In this document: positions 57,133 to 64,000 of the stretch, in pieces | How the letters are laid out: each line of letters starts with the position of its first letter | How positions within the stretch are numbered: position 1 is the first letter of the stretch | Assembly: GCA_043820875.1 (NCBI GenBank) | Contig: JBDRDI010000021.1 | Location: forward strand, 91-64,090 | Direction: 5' to 3' | DNA from: a bacterium | GTDB taxonomy: Bacteria; Patescibacteriota; Patescibacteriia; Patescibacteriales; UBA12075 | DNA: 64,000 bases | Notes under the pieces: generated by a model | What the model saw: the letters and a program-made list of their open reading frames with translations, nothing else | What the model was told of the DNA's origin: nothing | The model's database searches: none | Made by a program: the position numbers and the translations under genes

Positions 57133-59952
57133 TTATTTCCAGCAGCACTTCTTATACTTCTTCCCGCTCCCGCATGGACAAGGATCGTTACGGCCGATTT
57201 TGTTTCCACTTTCGTCTTTTAATTTTTCTTTGCTTATCATGTCCACAGTTCCGTTTCCGTTTTTTCCCCCTGTCTTGTATCCGGAAAAAGAAGAAGTGTT
57301 TTTTCCGGCAGTTTTGAGCGGAGCGCTGAATTCTTTGGCGCGATCCGCAAGGCTCGGTTCGGAAAAACCTTTTTCTGCATGGTCGTCCATCATGCCGACT
57401 TTATATATACTATAAACAATTTTCTTTTGAATCAAGCTATTCAGTTCACCATACAATCGGTATCCTTCCCTTTTATATTCCACCAGAGGGTCGCGCTGGC
57501 CGTAGCCTCGCAGGCCAATACCCTGTCGCAAGCTAGCCATCGCTTCCAAGTGCTCAATCCATAAATTATCAATAGAGCGGATCAAAACAGCTTTCTCAAC
57601 TTCATGCCAAGGAACACCTGCTTGCTTGGCGCTTATTTTTATTTTTTCATAAATTTCTTTTGCCAATCCTTCCAGATGCTCAATGATTTTCGTCCGCGCT
57701 GCGGCTTTGTCCAATTTATGAGTTTCGTTTTTGGCAAACTCGCTCAAGTCGCTTTTCAATTTCTTCTCCACCGGAAAGATCGTTGAAACCACTTCGTAAA
57801 TTTCTTCCAAATTCCAATCTTTCATGTAATCGGAAGCCGTATGAAAGCAAACCACTTGCTCAATTTCCTGTCGCACTTTTTCAAAAATAATTTCCGAGAG
57901 TTTTTGTTTATCCGGCGCTTTTTCCGCGATCTCCAATATATCTCTTCTTTGTTTATAAATTGCTTCGCGATGCTTGTTAATCACGTCATCATATTCCACT
58001 AAATGTTTTCTAATATCAAAATTATTTCCTTCAACTTTGGTCTGGGCGGATTCAATTGATTTGGAAATCATTTTATTTTCAATCGGCATATCTTCCGGAA
58101 CTTTCAAGCTGGACATGATTGACTTCATTCTGTCGCCACCAAAGACGCGCATTAAATCGTCTTCCATGGAAATATAAAATTGTGAAGAACCAGGGTCGCC
58201 TTGCCTTCCGGCGCGTCCGCGTAATTGGTTGTCAATGCGTCGCGCTTCGTGCCGTTCTGTACCAACCACATGCAAACCACCTGCGGCTAAAACTTTTTCC
58301 CTGCTTCTTTTCCAGTCAGCATGCTCTTCACTTTCTTCACCATTTTCCGATTCACTTGAAAAGTCGGGTTCTGTTCCTCCAAGCATAATATCCACACCCC
58401 TACCAGCCATATTGGTTGCGATAGTAATTGCTCCAAGCTTGCCGGCATCCGCGATGATTTTTGCTTCTTTCTCGTGGTTCTTTGCGTTCAAAAGTTGAGA
58501 CTTTAATCCTTCACGCTCCATAATTCCAACCAGCAATTCGTTTTTTTCTATGGAAATTGTGCCAATTAAAATCGGTTGTCCATTCTCATGTCTTTTTTTC
58601 ACGTCCGCAATAACAGCCTTGTATTTTCCTTCCTCTGAAGCGTAAATCAAATCATTCATGTTTTTTCTGACCATTGGTCGATGAGTGGGTATGGTCATGG
58701 TTTCCAAGCTATAAATTTTGGCAAACTCTTCGGCTTCTGTCACGGCCGTACCGGTCATACCGGAAAGTTTTTTATACATTCTAAAATAATTTTGAAAAGT
58801 AATAGTCGCGAGAGTTTCAGATTCCCTCTGAATTTTTACACCCTCCTTCGCTTCAATGGCCTGATGCAAGCCATCGCCATAGCGTCGTCCATGCATCAAA
58901 CGCCCTGTAAATTCATCAACAATAATCACTTCGCCTTCCTGCACAATATAATCCCGATCCAGTTTGAACAAAGCATGCGCTTTCAAGGCTTGCTCAATAT
59001 GGTGCACTTCTCTAATACCTCCGCTGGTATAAATATTTTCCACGCCTAAAGCTTTTTCCATTTTTGATACTCCTGACTCGGATAAAGTGGCAGCTTTCAT
59101 TTTTTCATCAACATTATAATCCACGTTTTCTTCCAACCGACTAACAAGTTCCGCGAATTTATAATATTTATCCGTGGACTCTTCAGCCGGCGCGGAAATA
59201 ATCAACGGGGTACGCGCTTCGTCAATCAAAATTGAGTCAACTTCATCCACAATCGCGTAATAAAGTTCTCTTTGCGACATACGCTCCAAATTCGGCACCA
59301 TATTATCGCGCAAATAATCAAATCCAAACTCATTATTTGTGCCATATAAAATATCGCATTCATAAGCTTCCCGGCGACTGATTTTTTTGAAACGTTGCAG
59401 GCGTTGGTCGTATTGCGAATCATCCGAATATTCCGGATCATAAATATACGCGGCGTCATGCACAATAACGCCGGTGGAAAGCCCTAAAAAATGATAGACC
59501 GGTGCCATCCAGCCCGCGCCGACGCGCGACAAATAATCATTAACGGTTACAAGGTGAACACTACGTCCGGCCAATGCGTTCAAATAAAGAGGCAGGGTGG
59601 CAACCAAAGTTTTTCCTTCTCCGGTTTTCATTTCAGCGATTTGTCCGCGATGCAGAACAATTCCGCCGATAAGTTGAACATCAAAATGCCGTTGGCCAAT
59701 GACGCGCCAAGCCGCTTCGCGAACGGCCGCAAAAGCTTCCGGCAATATTTCATCTGTTTTTTTATTTAACTCTTCCTGCACTTTATCTTTCAATAAATCT
59801 TGAAACCGAGCCGTTATTTTTTTAAATTCTTTATCATCTATTTTCTTGAATTTCGGCTCTATTTCATTGATTTTATTTATAATCGGCCTAATTTGCTTTA
59901 ATACTTTTTCGTTTGGATCTCCCAATATTTTAGTTAATAAACTCATAAACAA
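57133..59952 (-). CDS. secA: preprotein translocase ATPase SecA
   Basis: DEAD-like motor (GEGKTL, DEVDSILIDEARTPLIIS) and the C-terminal zinc finger CPCGSGKKYKKCC. 939 aa. Confidence 0.95.
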   Translation of the reverse strand: MFMSLLTKILGDPNEKVLKQIRPIINKINEIEPKFKKIDDKEFKKITARFQDLLKDKVQEELNKKTDEILPEAFAAVREAAWRVIGQRHFDVQLIGGIVLHRGQIAEMKTGEGKTLVATLPLYLNALAGRSVHLVTVNDYLSRVGAGWMAPVYHFLGLSTGVIVHDAAYIYDPEYSDDSQYDQRLQRFKKISRREAYECDILYGTNNEFGFDYLRDNMVPNLERMSQRELYYAIVDEVDSILIDEARTPLIISAPAEESTDKYYKFAELVSRLEENVDYNVDEKMKAATLSESGVSKMEKALGVENIYTSGGIREVHHIEQALKAHALFKLDRDYIVQEGEVIIVDEFTGRLMHGRRYGDGLHQAIEAKEGVKIQRESETLATITFQNYFRMYKKLSGMTGTAVTEAEEFAKIYSLETMTIPTHRPMVRKNMNDLIYASEEGKYKAVIADVKKRHENGQPILIGTISIEKNELLVGIMEREGLKSQLLNAKNHEKEAKIIADAGKLGAITIATNMAGRGVDIMLGGTEPDFSSESENGEESEEHADWKRSREKVLAAGGLHVVGTERHEARRIDNQLRGRAGRQGDPGSSQFYISMEDDLMRVFGGDRMKSIMSSLKVPEDMPIENKMISKSIESAQTKVEGNNFDIRKHLVEYDDVINKHREAIYKQRRDILEIAEKAPDKQKLSEIIFEKVRQEIEQVVCFHTASDYMKDWNLEEIYEVVSTIFPVEKKLKSDLSEFAKNETHKLDKAAARTKIIEHLEGLAKEIYEKIKISAKQAGVPWHEVEKAVLIRSIDNLWIEHLEAMASLRQGIGLRGYGQRDPLVEYKREGYRLYGELNSLIQKKIVYSIYKVGMMDDHAEKGFSEPSLADRAKEFSAPLKTAGKNTSSFSGYKTGGKNGNGTVDMISKEKLKDESGNKIGRNDPCPCGSGKKYKKCCWK

Positions 59953-60046
59953 AAATAGCAGTATTTTTCAGTACCACTTAATTAATAAATAACATATTTA
60001 TTATAATTTTTATTCACAAAAAAATCAAGTTTAAATTTTTTTGCGC

Positions 60047-60086
60047 AAAAAAAAGAGGGGTTCGTTTGTGAGACGATCCCCCTCAA
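60047..60086 (-). terminator. intrinsic terminator after the GC-rich gene
   Basis: gaggggttcg-tttgtgaga-cgatcccc(c)tc hairpin, followed on the minus strand by TTTTTTTT. Confidence 0.55.
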
Positions 60087-60212
60087 TTAGAATGTGCAGT
60101 TAATGCCAGCTCATAGGCCCTTTATTACTTTTTGTTTCTGGTTATGGGACGCTTGTCCCTGCCTGTGAATTGCTTTAGACTACAACTGTTTCTTTTTCTT
60201 TTTTTCCTTTTT

Positions 60213-61013
60213 CTATTTGCGGTTCTGACGAGGCTTCCCTTTGGCGTCATCGTCCTTCTTCTCAACGACCACGGTGGCGAGAGGCGTGCGAAAATCCTTC
60301 GCTACCTTCTTGTTGCGGGCGAGAAGGAGAAGCTTTGCCTCGGCATCCTCATTTCGTCTCGCTTCTTCCTCGGCCGCTTTTTCCTCACTTACCTGCCTGA
60401 ACGCCTTATAAGCAGCGTTCAAAACGATGCCGGCGGGGATATTCATTTCCCCGATAGGGATGAGACTTCTCTCATCCAGCTTTCTGTACGCGGAAACATC
60501 CACACGGCCTTTCCTTGCCTTTTTGAGAAAGTATTCGTAAGCGTAGGTACGCGCCCGCTTTTCCATTCTCTGGACTTCCTCGTCTAACTCATTCTGGACC
60601 ACCCATTCCACTCCTCGGTCGCGACCGATGATGCGGTAGCCGCGATCCTGCTTCTCGTAGCCAGCGAACACCACGCCGACGATCTCGGAAAAGTTCTGTC
60701 CCGCGAATTCGTCCGAACGAACGAACCCACAGATGATTTTCCTGATCTCCTGAGCGTCTTCGGGCAGGAGGTAGCGCGAGATTGCGGACTGCTCTTTCCG
60801 AGAAAGCTCGTGGAAGCACTTGGAACAAAGATGCTTCTTCTCTTCACACCCGCAGGCGACGCAGCACTTCAGCTCTCCTCCGCGCTCCTTCCGAAGCATG
60901 ATGTCGCGAAGGTAACCCTCAACGACGTCCTTACGGAAGCTATCGTGCTTCTTCTCGGTCGGCGGCTCGGTCTTGGTTTCGATTTGCAAAGCAGCGTTAC
61001 TATTTGTAGTCAT
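60213..61013 (-). CDS. hypothetical protein with Cys cluster (CCVACGCEEKKHLCSKCFHE), encoded on a GC-rich island
   Basis: 266-aa ORF at about 55% GC in about 33% GC surroundings. Lys/Glu/Arg-rich. A probable zinc-ribbon. Confidence 0.55.
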   Translation of the reverse strand: MTTNSNAALQIETKTEPPTEKKHDSFRKDVVEGYLRDIMLRKERGGELKCCVACGCEEKKHLCSKCFHELSRKEQSAISRYLLPEDAQEIRKIICGFVRSDEFAGQNFSEIVGVVFAGYEKQDRGYRIIGRDRGVEWVVQNELDEEVQRMEKRARTYAYEYFLKKARKGRVDVSAYRKLDERSLIPIGEMNIPAGIVLNAAYKAFRQVSEEKAAEEEARRNEDAEAKLLLLARNKKVAKDFRTPLATVVVEKKDDDAKGKPRQNRK

Positions 61014-61383
61014 CTCTACCTACCTTCTTTCTTCTAACAATTTTTTTGAAAACATTAAACTACTTGTCAAGGTACTACCTAAAAAACCCTCCGATACCAT
61101 TATCAGAGAGAATAATGAAGAGAAAATCACGGGCAGTGATCGAGTGTTGTTTAAAATTTTATTATAGACCCATCAAGCGGCCCGCTTTTTTAACTCTAAT
61201 TTATCTCGCTTATTGCAGATCACTCCGCATTAACAAAGAAAAAATTAGCCTCCTCTCCATTATTCTTTCCAATAATTTTTAAAAAACAAATTCAATATAT
61301 CAATATAGCATATTTTTAATTTTCTGTCAAGAGTACTTTCTTTTAATTATACTTTTTGTTTAATATCAGGGAAAATAAAATAA

Positions 61384-61416
61384 TAAAAAATCACCTCTTT
61401 TTCAAGAGATGATTTC
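61384..61416 (-). terminator. intrinsic terminator after hpf
   Basis: aaatcacctc-tttttcaag-agatgattt (one mismatch), followed on the minus strand by TTTATTATTTT. Confidence 0.5.
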
Positions 61417-61439
61417 ATATTTTCTTATTATTCCGATTA

Positions 61440-61763
61440 TTACGCTCTTCTTTTCATGTCTATTTTCTTTTCTTTATACCTCACGATAGAGCGCGCCAAG
61501 TGATCTTTTACTTTATCAATTGCTTTATACAACTCTTTTTCTGTTTTTTCCACACGTAATAACTTGCCAGCAAGTTGTAAATTGACTTCGGCGCGAAAAA
61601 TCTCACCTTTATTGTGACGCGCTGTCGTCATTCCCACTTCCACGTCGCACCCCAACGGATCAATGCTTCCTAAAAATTTATCCAACATATCCATCTTTAT
61701 TTGAACATAATCTCGAATACTATCTGTCAATTCAATTTGTGTCGCTTTAATATTTATTTGCAT
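61440..61763 (-). CDS. hpf: ribosome hibernation promoting factor (HPF/RaiA family)
   Basis: MQINIKATQIELTDSIRDYVQIKMDMLDKF, the sigma-54 modulation/YfiA family pattern. 107 aa. Confidence 0.85.
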   Translation of the reverse strand: MQINIKATQIELTDSIRDYVQIKMDMLDKFLGSIDPLGCDVEVGMTTARHNKGEIFRAEVNLQLAGKLLRVEKTEKELYKAIDKVKDHLARSIVRYKEKKIDMKRRA

Positions 61764-61783
61764 ATTGTTTATATTATCAATAA

Positions 61784-62944
61784 TTAAAATATTTTACTCC
61801 AAATAATTTTCAGTACTCCGGCGTGCCGTGCGATGTCATTATAGGTCACGGCAACGACGAAAACCATGAGTAATGCAAATCCGATATAATGGATTGTCCC
61901 TTCCAGCTCGCGCTTCACCGGACGGCCTTTTATTTTTTCAATGATTAAAAATAAAATTCTACCGCCGTCCAATGCCGGGAATGGCAAGCCGTTCAAGATG
62001 GCCAAATTAATGGAAAGAATCGCGGTGAAATTTAATAAATAGGCAAAACCCATTTGAGCGGCTTGTGCGGTCACTTCCGCAATTCTGACCGGCCCGCCGA
62101 TACTGTCTCCAAGACCCTGACCGACAAACAATCCCTTAATCAATCCACAAAATGCCATAAATATCGCCACTGTAAGAAAACAAGTGATTTTTATTCCATT
62201 CCAAATCGCCAAATGAATAGGATATCTTACTGTTCCTATTTCCGCGATGGCAATTCCTACTCCGCCCATACCTGTGTCTTTAATAATTTCCGGCTTAATT
62301 TTTTTTTCAATTTTCTCTCTACCTCTTTTAATAATATAAGTAAGGTCATCACCTACGCGCTTGTTGGTATATTCCATTAAGGAAGAGGCAAAATTTATTT
62401 TCACGCCGTCAACGCTTAAAATAATATCTCCGGTTTTAAGTCCGGCTGACTTGGCCGGAGAATCCGGTAAAACTTCCAAAACTTGAACTTGATGATTTTT
62501 GATAATCGCGCCATTGATTCCATCTTCGGGAAGCTGTTGAGGTAGACCAACCATAAATCCAAAAGAAAAAATAACCATGGCCAAAACAATATTCATTGTT
62601 ACCCCGGCCAAAAGTATCGCCGCTCTTTGCCAGATTGGCTTATTTCCAAAGTGGTTAGAGTTTTCTCCAGGTTCTTCATCTTCACCCAAATCAACAAATC
62701 CGCCCAATGGAATCCAATTTATTGAATAGATGGTATCAACAGCATCGGTAACTTCACGACTGCCGTGGGAAATTTTCCATTTCCCGTCCGCTGTTTTATA
62801 AATTCCAAGAGCACGCGGTTTGAATCCGAATCCAAACTCTCGTGGCCGCAATCCATAACGCCGAGCAACCCAAAAATGCCCAAGCTCATGAACAAGAACT
62901 AATACTGACAAAACTATAATAAATGTAATAACAGTAATAAACAT
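61784..62944 (-). CDS. rseP: RseP-like site-2 zinc metalloprotease (M50) with PDZ domain
   Basis: VLVHELGHFWVA HExxH motif in the first TM, an internal PDZ (GLKTGDIILSVDG), and a C-terminal LDGG motif. Confidence 0.85.
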   Translation of the reverse strand: MFITVITFIIVLSVLVLVHELGHFWVARRYGLRPREFGFGFKPRALGIYKTADGKWKISHGSREVTDAVDTIYSINWIPLGGFVDLGEDEEPGENSNHFGNKPIWQRAAILLAGVTMNIVLAMVIFSFGFMVGLPQQLPEDGINGAIIKNHQVQVLEVLPDSPAKSAGLKTGDIILSVDGVKINFASSLMEYTNKRVGDDLTYIIKRGREKIEKKIKPEIIKDTGMGGVGIAIAEIGTVRYPIHLAIWNGIKITCFLTVAIFMAFCGLIKGLFVGQGLGDSIGGPVRIAEVTAQAAQMGFAYLLNFTAILSINLAILNGLPFPALDGGRILFLIIEKIKGRPVKRELEGTIHYIGFALLMVFVVAVTYNDIARHAGVLKIIWSKIF

Positions 62945-63003
62945 AAAAATTATTATAATCTAAAAACCGACGACTGATGACTTTAGACTTTCGACTATTG
63001 TGA

Positions 63004-63558
63004 CTATATCGTCATAATATCTTCTTCTTTTTTATCTCTAATTTCTTTCAAATTTTCGTTTTGCTTTTGAGTCTCTTCATCAAGCTCTTTAAGAAATCTA
63101 AATTTGTCGTCTTCATTAACCTCTTTTTCTTCTTTTGCTTTCTCAATACTTTGCTTAATTTCATCTCTTATTTTTCTGATTGAAACGCGTGCGTCTTCTG
63201 TTTTTTCATTTATTTTTTTTACCAACTCTTTTCTGTTTTCCTCTGTCATGCGCGGTACAGTAATCCTAATTTTATCACCCTCATTAACAACTCCCACTCC
63301 CAAATTCGCCTCCACAATTGCCTTTTCCACGTCTTTCATTACATTTTTGTCCCAAGGAGATACAACAAGACTCTGGCCGTCAGGCACGTTGATACTGGCC
63401 AAGCTGTTCATCGGCGTTCGCACTCCGTAAGAATCAACCATTACGCCGTCCAAGATCATGGGGTTGGCGCGTCCAGTTCTGATATTTAAAATTTCTTTCT
63501 TAAAAAATTCAATCACCTTCTCAAACTCACCTTGTTTTGATTTTATATACTGATTCAT
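63004..63558 (-). CDS. frr: ribosome recycling factor
   Basis: FKKEILNIRTGRANPMILDGVMVDSYG, the canonical RRF. 184 aa. Confidence 0.95.
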   Translation of the reverse strand: MNQYIKSKQGEFEKVIEFFKKEILNIRTGRANPMILDGVMVDSYGVRTPMNSLASINVPDGQSLVVSPWDKNVMKDVEKAIVEANLGVGVVNEGDKIRITVPRMTEENRKELVKKINEKTEDARVSIRKIRDEIKQSIEKAKEEKEVNEDDKFRFLKELDEETQKQNENLKEIRDKKEEDIMTI

Positions 63559-63619
63559 AAATTTAAATATATATTATTAGATAACTAGAGACTTTAGACT
63601 TTATACTTTCGACTTTAGA

Positions 63620-64000
63620 CTATTTTGTTATTTGTCTTGGCGCTAAGTATATCACATTAGGATTTATCGGGTCAACCAAAAGCTTCCAACCAGCTCTGGT
63701 TGTCGGCAATTTTGATGTGGACCAACTTTTTCCACCGTCAAACGATTTATAAAAAACAGTATTGGTCACATAATAAATTTCTTGACTATTTTTCGGATTA
63801 ATCGCCAGCGCGTTAATCATAGCCTGCGCTTCAGGCAAAAGTATTTCAATTTTTTCCCAAGTCTCTCCGTTGTTTCCCGTTTTTAATATTCCTTGATAAG
63901 TGGCTGCAAACATGACGCCTGTTTTTTCTTTATCAATAATCAAATTTTTAATATCATATCCGAGTTTATTTTCATCAATGGCATTTCTCAACCCAACAAA
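63620..64000 (-). CDS. BNR/Asp-box repeat (Ycf48-like) protein, probably 5'-truncated by the window edge
   Basis: GGKSWSTS and NGETWEKI Asp-box-like motifs. The ORF is open to the end of the window. Confidence 0.5.
   Translation of the reverse strand, partial: FVGLRNAIDENKLGYDIKNLIIDKEKTGVMFAATYQGILKTGNNGETWEKIEILLPEAQAMINALAINPKNSQEIYYVTNTVFYKSFDGGKSWSTSKLPTTRAGWKLLVDPINPNVIYLAPRQITK

Noticed and set aside
60132-60847. ORFs 60132..60587 (+), 60584..60847 (-), 60589..60828 (-) and 60810..61037 (+)
   Set aside because: These are alternative frames inside the GC-rich 266-aa gene and are shadow ORFs of it.

Overview
This is an AT-rich (roughly one-third GC) bacterial chromosomal segment. It is densely packed with genes, mostly on the minus strand. 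It has short intergenic spacers and very long perfect hairpin terminators. Some predicted starts lack any Shine-Dalgarno sequence, although most hand-checked starts have an AAGGAG/AGGAG-type site.

Housekeeping content:
- rplJ-rplL with a structured L10 leader
- AMP-forming and ADP-forming acetyl-CoA synthetases side by side
- mltG, manC, uppP
- a pgk-eno-gpmI-gpmI glycolytic block with tandem iPGM paralogs
- murJ, and a GldA/F/G-like ABC-2 transporter
- htrA
- a CIRCE-controlled hrcA-grpE-hsp20-dnaK-dnaJ heat-shock cluster
- mrdA-mreD-mreC-mreB, short-form proS, secF-secD, secA, hpf, rseP, frr

The gene repertoire (fused ADP-forming ACS, short HrcA, HepT/MntA, DGR, low GC, compact layout) is reminiscent of CPR/Patescibacteria-like small-genome bacteria. 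That is an inference. No rRNA, tRNA or CRISPR array was found.

Accessory highlights:
1. A complete diversity-generating retroelement (DGR-type RT, inverted Avd-like gene, TR, and a VR at the 3' end of a target gene with 21 adenine-specific substitutions out of 22 differences, plus a downstream hairpin).
2. A 2.65-kb two-gene cassette flanked by direct repeats that duplicate the last ~74 nt of mrdA. It encodes an RRE(PqqD-like)-radical SAM-SPASM enzyme and a transglutaminase-like cysteine peptidase.
3. SecD with a tandem parvulin-type PPIase insertion.
4. GC-rich (~50-55%) islands at 1..2750, around the DGR target, and at 60130..61020.
5. A 70-bp near-perfect palindrome between divergent uppP and a DUF212 gene.
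6. A HepT/MntA toxin-antitoxin pair.

All coordinates and translations were derived by hand from the sequence. Product names rest on recognised motifs, not on database searches.
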